64,000 nucleotides of DNA from Mobula birostris. Taxonomy: Eukaryota. The translations under genes and the position numbers were made by a program. How positions within the stretch are numbered: position 1 is the stretch's first letter; the number at the start of each line of letters is the position of its first letter. This document shows positions 1-12,318 of the stretch, piece after piece. The stretch covers positions 26,340,399 through 26,404,398 of the forward strand of contig NC_092401.1 of assembly GCF_030028105.1 (NCBI RefSeq), written 5' to 3'. The notes under the pieces were generated by a model. That model searched no databases. It was not told where the DNA came from and saw only the letters and a list, made by a program, of their open reading frames with translations.

Positions 1-14
1 CAGACCAATTTGCA

Positions 15-236
15 AGTTTCACTGCGATTCCGCTGCCAACATAGTGCGTCCACTACTCACTAACTCTAACCGCGTGTCTCGGAATGTTGGAGGAAACCAG
101 AGTACTGAGAGGAAACTCGCGCAGTCACGGGGAGAATGTACAAACTCCTTACAGACAGCAGTGGGAACTGAACCCAAAACACCGATCTTACAGCTGGTGC
201 TGTGAAGCGTTCTGCTAACCAGTACGCTAGCATGAA
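15..236 (-). mobile_element. tRNA-derived V-SINE (HE1-like)
   Basis: The reverse complement carries a tRNA-like head (GGGTTCAGTTCCC) and the V-domain TTCTCCCCGTGACTGCGCGAGTTTCC...GGTTTCCTCC. Confidence 0.8.
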
Positions 237-721
237 GCATCCCAAAAAGATGCTGCAGTTCGCTAAACTAATGAGGAGGTAAAAGAAAAATAAGATTAAA
301 TAAAAATTAGATTTTTCACATCCTGTACTTAAGGCCATTTTATTTACCATACAGTTAATTTACGACAGAGTATTGAAACACCTTATAAAGGAACTTCAGT
401 CATTATTTGTGAATTAAGATATCTTAAGAAGCAGCATTAACCCAATTAAAATAAACTTGCAACCTAGTTTGGATTATTCAAATTACGCAAGTCTTTGCCA
501 TGATTCACGTATGTCTAGAATTTTCCCTATTTACTAAAAAGAAATGTAATATATGACTGCAAATGTGAGAGAGATGAGACAAGCTCACAGAAATGGCTCA
601 CTGTGTAAACTTTATCTGACTAAAACATACCAAAAGGTTGGATCATCAAGATAACACACATAGCTTTAAATCTGTTCATAATCTTGCAGGCCCATGGGTC
701 TTTCAATGAGGCAAAGATAAG

Positions 722-1000
722 GCTATAAAATATAGGAGCAGAATTAGGCCACTCAGCCCATCAAATTTGCTCTTCTATTCCATCATGGCTTCAGCCCCAT
801 TCACCTGCCTACTTCCTGTAACCCTTAATCAATCAAGAACCTGTCAATTTCTGCCCTAATTGCACCCAATGGCTTGGCCTCCACAGCCCTCTGGTGCAAT
901 GAATTCCACAGTCCCCACCCTTCAGCTGAAGAAATTCTTCCTCATTTCAGTTCGAAAGGAGTGTTCCCTTTATTCTGAAGCCATGCCTGCAGATCTCAAA
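722..1000 (-). mobile_element. CR1 LINE 3' end fragment
   Basis: ATAGGAGCAGAATTAGGCC 3' UTR motif plus the GAATTCCACA...AAGAAATTC segment, shared with many copies in the window. Confidence 0.75.
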
Positions 1001-1437
1001 TGTGGATGATCTGGCCATAATCATATTTTTGATGGGACAGTAGAATTTGGCAGCAACTATTCAAAGTATCAGATTAGCTATTGAAAGCTCAGGGTATTGT
1101 TGGTGAATTTGTGTTCTTGTAATGCATTACCTGTTATCAGAGATTTATACTGGCTTAGTCACCTGAACTTACCCAAAATAACATTCAGAACCTGGTTCCA
1201 ATTTGGAAAATCTCTATGTGCCTTTTGTTACTGAAGTAACAAGCCCATTGAACTGTCATCAATAAAATCTCTCTCCATCCTGGGTTACTTGGCCACAAAG
1301 TGTTACCTGTTGGAATGTTGCAGTTTAACCTCGCTCTACCACAATGCTCTGGGTATAGATAGATCTGTATGAACAGTATGCAAGGCAGGCTTTTCACCGC
1401 ATCCTGCTACATGTGACAATAATAAACCAATTCCAAT

Positions 1438-2245
1438 AGATAGAAACATGGAAGATCTACAGCATAATACAGGCCTTTTGGTCCACGATGCTATGCCGAA
1501 CATGTACCTCAGAAATGACCTAGGGTTACCCATAGCCCTCTATTTTTGTAAGTTCCATGTACCTGTCCAGGAGTCTCTTAAAAGACTCTATCATATCCGC
1601 CTCCACCACCGTCACCAGCAGCTCATTCCACGCACAAACCAGCCTCTGAGTAAAGAAAAAGAAAAAAAACTTACCCCTGACATCTCCTCTGTACCTACTC
1701 CCAAACACCTTAAAACTGTGCCCTCTCATGTTAGCCATTTCAGCCCTGGGAAAAAGCCTCTGACTATCCGCACGATCAATGCCTCTCATCATCTTATACA
1801 CCTCTATCAGGTCACCTCTCATCCTCCGTCGCTCCAAGGAGAAAAGGGCAAGTTCACTCAACCTATTCTCATAGGGCATGCTGCCTAATCCAGGCAACAT
1901 CCTTGTAAATCTCATCTGCAACCTTTCTATGGTTTCCACATCCTTCCTGTAGTGAGGTGACCAGAACTGAGCACAGTACTCCAAGTGGGGTCTGACTGGG
2001 GTCCTATATAGCTGTAACGTTACCTCTCAGCTCTTGAACTCAATCCAGCAGCTTTGAGTGTCCTATGGACTCGGGCCCCAAGATCCCTCTGATCCTCCAC
2101 ACTGTCAAGAGTCTTACCATTAATACTATATTCTGCCATCATATTTGACCTACCAAAATGAACCACCTCACACTTATCTGGGTTGAATTCCATCTGCCAC
2201 ATCTCAGCCCAGTTTTGCATCCTATCAATGTCCCACCGTAACTTT
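1438..2245 (-). mobile_element. CR1 LINE, 5'-truncated (RT C-terminus plus 3' UTR)
   Basis: ORF 2020-2220 (WAEMWQMEFNPDKCEVVHFG) and ORF 1526-1984 (EYCAQFWSPHYRKD...RRRMRGDLIEVYK); tail near 1438-1450. Confidence 0.92.
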
Positions 2246-2457
2246 ATTGTCTCCTGACACTGCCCTTCCTCTGTAACTATAACACTTTATTCTACATTTT
2301 GTTGTTTTTCACTTTATACTACCTTGAGTATGGATGGCACACACTCTATCCCAGTATGTGTGACAATTGTACTGTGACAATATGGTTACATTAACAATAT
2401 TACCAATCATCTCTCCAGTCTGAAGAAATGATGAGGGAAGCCCAGCAAGCTGTGATT

Positions 2458-2792
2458 ATAAGACCGTTAGGCATAGGAGAAGAGTTAGGCCATTTGGCTG
2501 ATTAAATCTGCTCTCCCATTCCATTGCGTCTGATTTATTATCCCCCTCAACTCCACTCTCTTGCCTTCTCCCCGTAACCTTTGACACCCTTACGAATCAA
2601 GAACTTATCAACCAACATTCCTTGGCCTCCAAGCCATCTATAGTAATGAATTCCACATATTCACCACTCTCTGGCTAAAGAATTTCCTCCTCATCTCTGT
2701 TCTAAAGGGACATCTTCTATTCTGAGGCTGTGCCCTGTGGTCCTGGACTCCCTCACTATAGGAAACATCCTCTCCATAACCAGTCTATCTAC
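2458..2792 (-). mobile_element. CR1 LINE 3' end fragment
   Basis: Same 3' UTR and C-terminal sequence as the copies at 722, 32222 and 52520. Confidence 0.8.
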
Positions 2793-3142
2793 CCCAGGAC
2801 ACCACAGTGAATATGGTGTTTACCAGTGTTTCCATGAACAACACACTTGTTAACTGCAGAGTACCAGATGACTTTGTGATATTGACGTATTATGAACTTT
2901 CAGTCTCCTTTTTGCAGATGTCGTTTAAAAAGAAACACATTTGCTGAGTGGCTACAAAGGATGTTCAAATCTCTAAAGGTTAGCTCTGGATGTGATAATG
3001 CATCCAAGTCCAAGGATTTTTTTTTAACACATAAACTTACTGAGACCTGATAATGGGGCAGCCAAGAATAATATGTGCAGCCATTTCTTACCAAGAGCAG
3101 ACTGAAGCTGTACGCAACCTGTCATAGCTCAGCACATTACAT

Positions 3143-3400
3143 TCGGGCAGCACAGTAGTATAGCCATTAGTACAATTGCTTTACAGTGCCGGTGAACACT
3201 GATCGAGATTCCCGCTGCTGTCTGTAAGAAGTTTGTACGTTCTCCCTGTGACCATGTGGGTTTCCTCTGGATACTGTACTCCAGTTTTCTCCCACATTCC
3301 TTAGGTGTATGGTTTTGGGATAGTAAGTTGTGGGCATGCTTTGTTGGCACTGGAAGCTCGCCACTTGTGGGTTGCCTCCGGCACATTATCAGATTATGGT
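3143..3400 (+). mobile_element. V-SINE
   Basis: tRNA-like head followed by GTTTGTACGTTCTCCCTGTGACCATGTGGGTTTCC...CTCCCACATTCC. Confidence 0.8.
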
Positions 3401-3699
3401 GGTTGCTGGGGGAGCGTTGGTGAAGATATTTACTGAATATCCTCTCCATGCCTCTTGTAACTTTATAAACTTCTATTGGTCTTTCCTCCGCTTTTGCCAT
3501 TCCAGAGAAAGCGGTCCAGGATTGTCCAGCCTCTCTTTTTAGTGCATACCCTTCAATGGACAGTGCAGAGTTATTAGCAGAGGGGCATTTTATAGCCAGG
3601 CAGTTGGATGCGAAGATGGTGGTTTGGATGGATGGATGGACATTCAGATGCATCATCTCAGCTCAGTTGTTGGACGAGTTTAGTAGGCAGATTCTCCTG

Positions 3700-3870
3700 C
3701 ACAGAATTTGTCTACTTTTCCCACCTCCTCAGGAAGAAAGCCAACATCATCAAGGACACCTCCCACCTTAGACATTGTCTCTTCTCACTCCTCCCAGTGG
3801 GCAGACAGTACATGAGCTTCAGGACATGTACCACCAGCTTCTACCCCACCATTATCAGACCCGTGAATAG
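3700..3870 (+). mobile_element. Rex1/Babar-type LINE C-terminal fragment
   Basis: Translation ANIIKDTSHLRHCLFSLLPVGRQY...SFYPTIIR matches the Rex1 C-terminal motif IIKDxxHPxHxLFxLLPSGRRY. Confidence 0.75.
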
Positions 3871-4214
3871 ACTTAGGGACAACAGAATTGCCAGGCAGAA
3901 CTGGCAGAAACTCAATCTAACAGTAAAGTAGACTTCTTCAATTGAGCAGCCCAATCTATAAGAGGCACTGCTTTTTACTGGAATGAGACTTTTTGACAGA
4001 AATAGCAAATTTTTCAATACTTCCTGGTCTAGACTGGAAGTTTCATTCTAACCTGGCCCCACCTGGCAGATGAGATGAGATCAGCTGTTCTGGAATCAGC
4101 CCACTAACACCACTCTCCAGTATTAAGATGGTCCTCTCCAAGTCCAGTTTAAATTGGGGTAAGGTTTCATGTGACATTTGACTATGGCATAGAGAAAACT
4201 GGTATGGTTACCAG

Positions 4215-4548
4215 GTTAGATAGAGTAGACATGGGAAGGATGTTTCCTGTAGTGGTGAAGTCTAGGCAAGAGTGCACAGCCTCAGAATACAAGGATGTCC
4301 CTTTAGAGCAGATGAAGAGGAATTTCTTTAGCCAGAGAGTAGTGAATCTATGGAATATATTGCCACGGATAATTGTGGAGGCTAACTCATTGGGTGTATT
4401 TAAAGCAGAGGTCAGAGCTTCAAAGGTTATGTGGAGAAGGCAGGAGAAGGGGGTTTAGAGGGATAATAAATCAGCTGTGATGGAATGGGAAAGCAGAATC
4501 GATGGGCCAAAAGGCCTAATCTGTTCCTGTGCTTAATGGTTATGGATA
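4215..4548 (+). mobile_element. CR1 LINE 3' end fragment
   Basis: Translation RNFFSQRVVNLWN followed by 3' UTR. Confidence 0.8.
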
Positions 4549-4574
4549 TGATTATTTTGCCAAGAATTTTTACT

Positions 4575-4870
4575 GTAAATTCAATTCATCATGAAGGACC
4601 CTTATCATTAATGACATGCCTCCTTCTCATTACTACCATCAAGCAGGAGGTACAGGAGTCTGAAGACACATATTCAACGTTATAGGTACAACTTCTGCTG
4701 CACCATCAGATTTCTGACTGGTCCATGAACACTGCCTCACATTTTGCTCTCTTTTTGTGGTATTTATTTTTTTAATATACACTGTATTGTAATTTGTAGT
4801 ATTTTTAATGCACTACATTGTACAGCTACCACAAAGCAACATGGCAGTAATAGTAAACCTGATTCTGATT
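4575..4870 (+). mobile_element. Rex1-type 3' fragment
   Basis: CTACCATCAAGCAGGAGGTACAGGAGTCTGAAGAC motif and an AAACCTGATTCTGATTC tail. Confidence 0.7.
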
Positions 4871-6029
4871 CCTTTAATAACTCACAAACGGTGAAATATC
4901 TGAACATGTCATGTCCTCTTAACAGAGGACACAGATGATGGTGTGACTTGTACTTAGTTGTCCTTGCAACTGTGTGGATTTCCTCCCATATTCCAAAGAC
5001 GCAAGTTTAGAAGTCACGAGGCAAGCTATGTTGGAACTGGAGGCTTGTCAGCACTTGCTGCACCTGGTGCAACCTTGGTCTGTGTTCTCATTGATGCAAG
5101 TGACACATTTCACTCTACGTGTGACAAATAAAGCTAATCTTTAATGAAACTCATCTTCATACATTAACGATAAGCCTGTGGTTTGAATGGCAGACAATCA
5201 AAACATGCAAGGTCTATTGTTGAGAAAAAATTGTGCACTTTGTATAAGCAGAGATTCATATTTATCTCTATCCCCTCTTCAGGTCATCTCAAGGGTCATT
5301 TTATATTAAAGTTTCAAATTGCGTTTATTATCAACGAATGAACAAATTATACAGTCTTGAGATTTGTTTGCTTGCAGGCCGTTACTCAGATATCATTGCT
5401 CAGACATAGACACTGCTTTAAGTGTTGACTTGCCCCAGGAGTGACTCGCCACCCTCTGGTTTGGAAGATGATTGGTTGACCTGAGCAGGACTGAGGGAGC
5501 CCCGTTTTGGTCCCAGTGCTGAGCTTTGGCCGAGATGTTCAAACTATTCCATTGAATATCTGAAGCAGCAACGATGGGCCAGTCCTGCACTTACACCCCT
5601 GTTTAGACCCCACTAGTTAAGAGTGAGTCACAAGGGCTCGTGAAACATCAGCGGCCACATTTAAAAAGCTTTCCATTTTCTGTAAAAACCCTTGTGGATA
5701 AGAAGATGCTGTAGAAATACTAGTTTGTTCATTTTTGTTCAGGAAGAAGTGTTGCCAGCAAGACCAGAATATATCGCCCATCTTGAGTTAGCCCTGAGCT
5801 ATCCTCCCCCTCATGAAGCTGCTCCCACAGTGCAGTTGGGAAGGGAGTCCCAGGGTTCAGGACGTGTGACGATGAAAGAACCATGACACATTTCCAGTTG
5901 GGATGGTGCCTGACTTGAAGAGCCTGCAAGTGGCGGTGTACCATGCACCCAAAACTTTAGTTTTTCTTGTTTGAAGAGATTGCAGGTTTGGGAAAGTTGA
6001 AATCAACACTGAGTTTCCTGTTCATACTT

Positions 6030-6430
6030 GTGATTATAAGTTAAACATAAATTATATACAATTTTTAAAGAAAGAAGTAGAATAGAAGGAAACAGTCCAT
6101 TTTAATGCAAGGTGATCATAGTGTTGATAAACTATTGTGATTGGGGTTTTGTCGGTTCATGAACTGAAGAGTTGAAGGGAAGTAGTTGTTTTAAAACTTG
6201 TTGCTGTCAGACTTCAGGCTTCTGTACTTCCCACACCATGGAGGCTGCCAGAAGATGGCGTGGCCTGGATGGTGGGGATGTCTAATGGATGTTGCCTTCT
6301 TGAGGCAGTCGGTCTTGCAGATACTACCAGTGGTGGGAAGAAATGTGCCAGTAAAGTATTAGACTGAGTTCACTAGCCTCTGCAGCTTCTTACCTGCCTC
6401 CATATTCTAATTGCTGCACTAGACCATGAT
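6030..6430 (-). mobile_element. Rex1-type 3' fragment
   Basis: Reverse of the same motif (CTTCAGGCTTCTGTAC...TGGCCTGGATGGTGGGG). Confidence 0.7.
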
Positions 6431-7394
6431 ACGATCAGCTATTAGTGTCAGACATGTGATAGATAGTACACACCACACATATTGGTGATGGTGGGAAGCT
6501 GTGTGGTGAATGAGATACCAATTAATCAGGCTGCTTTGTCCTAGATTATTTAAAATAGATCCTAAAACTCGATTTCACTTGTGGTACATTCTTTACTAAG
6601 TGCCCAATTCTTCTCCAACCATTCACAAACTCTCTGTTACCAGGTTAGGCCTTGCTCACTCCTGACCAGCCAGTGGCTTAAAATGCAGTCGGTCAAAATA
6701 TGCAAGGACTGTTAGAACATAGAGTAAACAGTGCTGGCCCTTTGGTGCACGATGTTGTGCTGACCTTTCAGCTTACCTTAACCATTCTCTCCTACATAAC
6801 CTTTCTTTCATCACCTACTTCTCAGGATCTCTTAAATCTCTCAAATATATCTGTCTCTACCACTATCCGTGGCAGCTCATTCCACGCAACCACCAGTCTA
6901 TTTATATTAAAAAAAAATACCTCTGACATATTCCCTATACTTTCTTCCAATCACCTTATAATTATGCCTGCTCTGTTGGCAGATATAAAATCAAGCTGAT
7001 CTGTTTATCCAAATAACACTTACAGTATTCTCAAACCTTCTCATTTACTTGAATACTGGTTCCCAAGTTTAATTTTCCCATGGTTCAAGTAAGTACTTCA
7101 AAAAGTCTAGAAATAAAGTTGTTTCCTTCTATAATGGGAACATCACTTCCCGTTTAAGCATTTGTTATGGCTCTTTGAAAGCCCAGAGTAATTTCCTGTT
7201 CAGTTCTGGATGGTATAAAATGGTAAAGGGCAGAGTTTGTTCTAGATGTGTGCACATGCTGCTCACAAAATAAACACGAATTTGGACTGTAGCTACTCTA
7301 AATAAAGTTGTAGAACTTCACTGAGGAAGGGAGGCTGGAAAATAAGCTATCTTGTGTTACTCTGAAGGCAGTCACTATTATTGCTGCAAAATAC

Positions 7395-8825
7395 ATTTAG
7401 TGGCTACTTGAGGCTCACCTCTCCTTAGTTAAACTTCAGATTTTGAATTTGTATCTTCATGACGTTGACTGTGGAACGATTGTTTGATTATCTCAGAAAC
7501 CGCTGATCTCCTGGCATTTTCATGTATAATAGTCTCTTGGGATTACAGAGAATGGTGCAGAAACAAAAAACAACCAGTGAGCAGCAGTTCTGGGGACAAA
7601 AAATGCGTTGTTAATGAGAGGGGTCAGAGGAGAACGGCCAGACTGGTTCAGGCTGACAGGAAGGTGACAGTGACTCAAATAATCATGCATTAGAATCAGA
7701 AACAGGTTTAATATCATTGGCATATGTCATGAAATGTGTTGTTTTGCAGCAGAACATTAAAATATGTAATTTTAAAAACTATAAATTACAATTAGTATAT
7801 TAAAAATTAAATTATATAAATAATGCAAAAAGAGAGGATAAATTAGTGAGCTGGTGTTCATGGATTCAATGCCCATTCAGAAATCGGATGGCAGAGGGGA
7901 AGAAGCTGTTTCTGAAATGTTAAGTGGTATCTTCAGGCTCCACCACCACCTTGAAGTTAGAAATGAGAAGAGGGCATGTCCTGGGTGATGAGGGTCCTTA
8001 ATGATGGATGCCGCTTATTTGAGGCATCGCCTAGTGCTGGCTGTGTTTACAACTTTCTGCAGCTTTTTCTGATCCTGTGCAATGGCCCCTCCATACCAGA
8101 CAGTGATGCAAACAGTTAGAGTATGCTCCATGGTACATCTGTAGAAATTTGCCAGTGTCTTTAGTGACAGACGTACCAAGTCTCCTCAAATCCCTCATGA
8201 AATATAGTTATTATCATATTTATAATTGCATCAATATGTTGGGTCCAGGATAGATTTTAAGAGATGTTGACATCGAGGATCTTAAAGCTGCTCACCCTTT
8301 CCATTTCCCTGATCCCTCAACGATGACTGGTGTGTGCTCCCTCGACTTCTCCTGAAGTCCACAATCAATTCCTTGCACTCAACACAATTCAGCCAGCTGT
8401 CTCTTTTGATCCAGTATGCCTCCTTGTCACCACCTGAAATTCTGCCAAGAATAGCTGTGTCATTGGCAGATTTATAGATGACATTTGAGTTATGCCTTCT
8501 CACACAGTCATTGGCATGGAGAGAGCAGAACAGTGGGCTAAGCATGGATGGCTGAGGTGCACCAGTGTTGATTGTCAGTGCAGAGGAGATGTTATCTGCT
8601 CTGACTGTGGTCTCCTGGTGAGGAAGTCAAGGATTAAATTGCAGAGGGAGATACAAAGGCCCAGGTTTTGGAGTATTAGAACTGGGGGCATGATTGTGTT
8701 GAAGAGCATCTCTGAATGTATGACAAGTCAAACCTTGAAGTGGATGGGTTCTAACAGCAGAAGGCCATGAAAATACACTCACTGGCCACTTTATTAGGTA
8801 CAGTTGATAAAGGGACCACTGAGTG
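7395..8825 (+). mobile_element. Tc1-derived non-autonomous element split by a Rex1 insertion (halves about 7395-7690 and 8700-8825)
   Basis: Tc1 HTH-like peptide VNERGQRRTARLVQADRKVTVTQI resumes after the insertion as KSISE...TLKWMGSNSRRP. Ends in TIR ...GACCACTGAGTG then TA. Confidence 0.8.
7692..8700 (-). mobile_element. Rex1/Babar LINE fragment (RT C-terminal half to tail)
   Basis: Minus ORFs read PKPGPLYLPL and LSPLFCSLHANDCV...IYKSANDTAILGRIS...KELIVDFR; AGAATCAGAA tail at 7692. Confidence 0.85.
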
Positions 8826-8934
8826 TAGATCACAGCAACTAAGCAGGACCTATATCTTACTGAGTCCACAGTGACGATGAATGGCCAGATCTTACATTAA
8901 TTCTTCTCAAACTGCCCATATTTTCATCTACCCC

Positions 8935-9262
8935 CAGAAGCAGCGACGGAGTGAACAGTCAGCACCTTTTCCCCGGGGCAGCAGTGACCTACGCCAGTGG
9001 ACCTCCACTTAAGGTGAGTGGAGGGGGTTGTCAGAGGTAGACTTTTTCTCACAGAGTGGTGATTGTGTGGAATGCACTCCAGGGATGGTGATAGAGGCTA
9101 ATAAATTTGGGATGTTTAAGTTACTTAGTAGATAGGTATACTGATGATAGAAAAATGGAGTACTATGTGGGAGGGAGCGGTTAGATTGATCACGGAATTG
9201 GTTTATATTGGCTAGCATAACAATGAGGCTGGAGGACCCACACAGAGCATTACTGTTTTATG
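8935..9262 (+). mobile_element. CR1 LINE 3' fragment
   Basis: CAGAGTGGTGATTGTGTGGAATGCACTCCAGGG C-terminal motif followed by 3' UTR. Confidence 0.7.
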
Positions 9263-9339
9263 ATAATACTGTCTAGTGAACCCGATTCTGACTGTATTAA
9301 CTCTCCCCGAGACTGTAGACCCCATTCACTCATCAATGT

Positions 9340-9575
9340 TGTGGGGAATATTGCCTAGAGAATTTTTTGGTCTCCCTTGATGAAAGAGTCATGGGGTCCT
9401 TCACATCCACCCAACCGGATATCTGGGACCTCAGATTAGTACCTTCAAGCTTTGGCCTTTCCAGCATTACGTTGTCCTTGAGTGGCCCAGATGGATGGTC
9501 TCAAGCCAAGCAGAAGCATCAACTTTCCATTTCCATTTGGAAGCTGTTCCAGAGGTTAAAGACAGAGTCAAGTAA
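9340..9575 (-). mobile_element. degenerate DeuSINE (SacSINE1-like) fragment
   Basis: AGTCATGGGGTCCTTCACATCCACC...GGGACCTCAG resembles the reverse Deu domain (recalled consensus). Confidence 0.4.
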
Positions 9576-9609
9576 ACTATTGCTGATAGGGATCTTCTGA
9601 GAACTTGGA

Positions 9610-10115
9610 CCATAACACCTTAGGAACAGAATTAATACTATCTAATCTGTTTTGCCATTAAATTTTTAAAACCTTATTCTCTCCCCTTCTCCCCATAACC
9701 CTTAACCTTCTTACCAAGAGCTTATCAATCTCTGCCTTAAATCCACCCAATAACTTGGTCTCCACAGCCCTCTATAACAATGAATTCCACAGACTGGCCA
9801 CCGTTGCCTCCCCTTCTACCTTTAATCTGAGGCTGGGCCCACAGATCCTAGGTCCTCTTACTAATGGAAGCCTTCTCTCCATGTCCACTCCATATCCAGG
9901 CATTTCAGTATCAGGTAGGTTTCAATGAGATCCCCACTTCGTCCGTCTAAACAAGCCAAGAGACATCAAATACTGCTCATACATTATGCCTTTCATTCCT
10001 GGGATCATTCTTGTGAACCTTCTCTGGACGGTCTCCAGGGCCAGCACATCTTTCCTTGGATGTGGAGCCCAAAATTGCTCACCGCACTCCAAATGCCATC
10101 TGATTAATGCCTTAT
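9610..10115 (-). mobile_element. CR1 LINE 3' fragment
   Basis: ORF 9922-10215 contains LYKALIRWHLECGEQFWAPHPRKDVLALETVQRRFTRMIPG. Confidence 0.85.
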
Positions 10116-10864
10116 AAAGAAAAATCTGAGAGTGGACAGAAGAGAGAATTAGAGTAACACAGAGATTCTGGAGAGTTGGCAAAAATTTAATTTCAACACA
10201 GCAGCAAGACTGCACAAAATCAACAGTGAATGTTATGAAGATTTTTTAAAAAGTCAATGGCCAGGTGACCAACACAGGTCCAAAACTTTCAAAAATAGAG
10301 ATTCAGGTCAGAACTTTTAAATGAAATGATCCCTGACTCTCCAAGAATAATTGGCTTGTGAATCGTGTGTGACAGGACCCAACATTAAATTGCCACATGT
10401 ATTTTGTGTACATAGTAACCTGGTTACCCAGACAACATGGTAAAGAGAAAATATTTTCTTAGTGTCAGTGAGGGTCTGACCGATTTCTGTGCCAGTTACT
10501 CCCCTGGCTTCCTCCAGAAAGAATTTCTTTCAGACACGAGTAGGATTTTCCAACAGAAGGCTTGTGGAGTTTTTTTTTCTCATAGCAGGCATCTCATTTC
10601 AGAGAAATAGAGAAAAAAAACGAATACAAGCAAGGTGCCCACAGACAGCTCACGCCATGATGCATTTCCCTTAATGTGCTGATCACTCAAGTTGTTTATA
10701 GCGTAACCCACACACAATAAGTCTACCCATCTGCGCTGCAGAAGCGTTGTAGAAAGTAAGAATAATTGTTCAAACCTGATCCACCATTTATCAAGATGAT
10801 CACCTCAGCTCCGTTTTCTTCCAGATATCCCTTAATATCCAGAAATACACTGAATGGCGGCCCA

Positions 10865-11560
10865 TGGCCTCCTCTACTATACTGATGTGGAGCAACACTG
10901 CATATTCCTATTGGGTAGCCGGCAGCCTGACGGCATGAACATCGATTTCTCTAACCTCTAGGAATTTCTCCTCTCCTCTCCATTCCCTCTTTTCCCATTT
11001 GCCAACTATTCCCTTGAAGCTGCGCGTGTGCACAGCCACACAATAACTGGAACGCTGCCGTGCGCACAGAGTTTGTTGCCGCACAGCTGGAATTTTTTTT
11101 TGCATTTAAACATTTGAAGTGCTGCACAGTTTACGGGCCATATTTCCTGCTCAGAGCAATGGTTGGTTCATGCAGCTGTTTTAAAAAAAATAATAGACGT
11201 AACATCGACTTCCCTCTTAACTGTTCTCTTCTGCTCACTTGCCCATCACCTCCCTCCTCTATCCTCCTCCTTCCCTTTCTCCTGTGGTCCTCTCTCCTCT
11301 CCTATCACACTCCTCTTCATCTCTTTACCTTTTCCATCTACCCTTCTTACTTAATATCCCTTCTGCATCCATCACCTTCCCCTCACCTGGTTTCACCTGC
11401 CACCTACCAATCTGGACCCCTGCCCTCTCTCCACCTTCCTATTCTGGCTGTTCCCCCGTTTCTCTCCAGTTGTGATGAAGGGTCTTGGCCCGAAATGCAG
11501 GCTCTTTATTCCCCTCCATGGATGCTGCCTGACCTGCTGAGTTCCTCCAGCATTTTGTGG
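10865..11560 (+). mobile_element. Penelope-like element 3' end (GIY-YIG C-terminus, pyrimidine-rich UTR, terminal repeat)
   Basis: GAGCAACAC...GGGTAGCCGGCAGCCTGACGGCATGAACATCGATTTCTCTAAC reads about EEQHLIF.LGS.QPDGMNIDFSN; then GATGAAGGGTCTTGGCCCGAAA and GATGCTGCCTGACCTGCTGAGTTCCTCCAGCA. Interrupted by a small insert at about 11005-11215. Confidence 0.7.
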
Positions 11561-12051
11561 GTTGCATATACTGAATGACAAACACAAGAGATTCTGCAGA
11601 TGCTGGAAATCCAGAGTAACACACCCAAAATGCTGGAGGAACGCAGCAGGTCGGGCTGGAAAAATAAATACTGTGCATTCCTTTCCTCAAGTGCTGCCTG
11701 ACCTACTGAGTTCCTCCAGCATTTTGTATTTGTTACAATCCATTGAAAGGACTCAAGAGTCTAAATCTCCCATCTCTCCTGGGCAGAGAATTCCAGATTC
11801 AATTCCCTCTGAGCAGTATTATTTTTTCTAAATGGCAGATCCCTTAAGTAATGCTGAGGCTGTGTAAGACATTGGTCAGACAGCACTTGGATTACTGTGA
11901 ACAGCTTTGGGCCCCTTAAGACAATGATTCCAGGAATGCAAGGCTAAAACTAAGAGGAACATTTGATGGCTCTGGGCCTATGCTCACCGGAGTCTAGAAG
12001 AATAAGGGGGTGGTGGGGGGATCTCATTGAAACCTATTGAATAATCTCGAT

Positions 12052-12131
12052 CAAGGGTTCCCAAACTTTGTTATGCCATGGACACCTACCATTAACCAAG
12101 GGGGTCCATGGACCCCGGGTTGGTAACCCTG
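12052..12131. mobile_element. 80-bp hAT/Charlie-type MITE
   Basis: TIRs CAAGGGTTCCCAAAC and GTTGGTAACCCTG, with an internal CCATGGAC/GTCCATGG inverted repeat; interrupts the CR1. Confidence 0.75.
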
Positions 12132-12318
12132 GCATAGGTAGAGTGGATGTGGAGAGGATGATCCTATAGTTGGAGGGTCTGGGACCAGGGGACACGGCCT
12201 CAGAATAGAAGGATGTCCCTTTAGAACAGAGATGAGGAGGAATTTCTTAGCCAGAGGTTGGTGAATCTGTGAAATTCATTGCCATAGACAACTGTGGAAG
12301 CCAATTCATTCGGTATAT

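Noticed and set aside
1173-1306. Minus-strand exon candidate with GTAAGT donor
   Set aside because: Stops in all three frames and no supporting neighbouring exons.
5743-5990. Apparent exon EEVLPARPEYIAHLE after a good acceptor
   Set aside because: Matches an old dispersed repeat that also appears in reverse orientation near 63100-63260.
11060-11578. 172-aa ORF
   Set aside because: Low-complexity Penelope 3' region.
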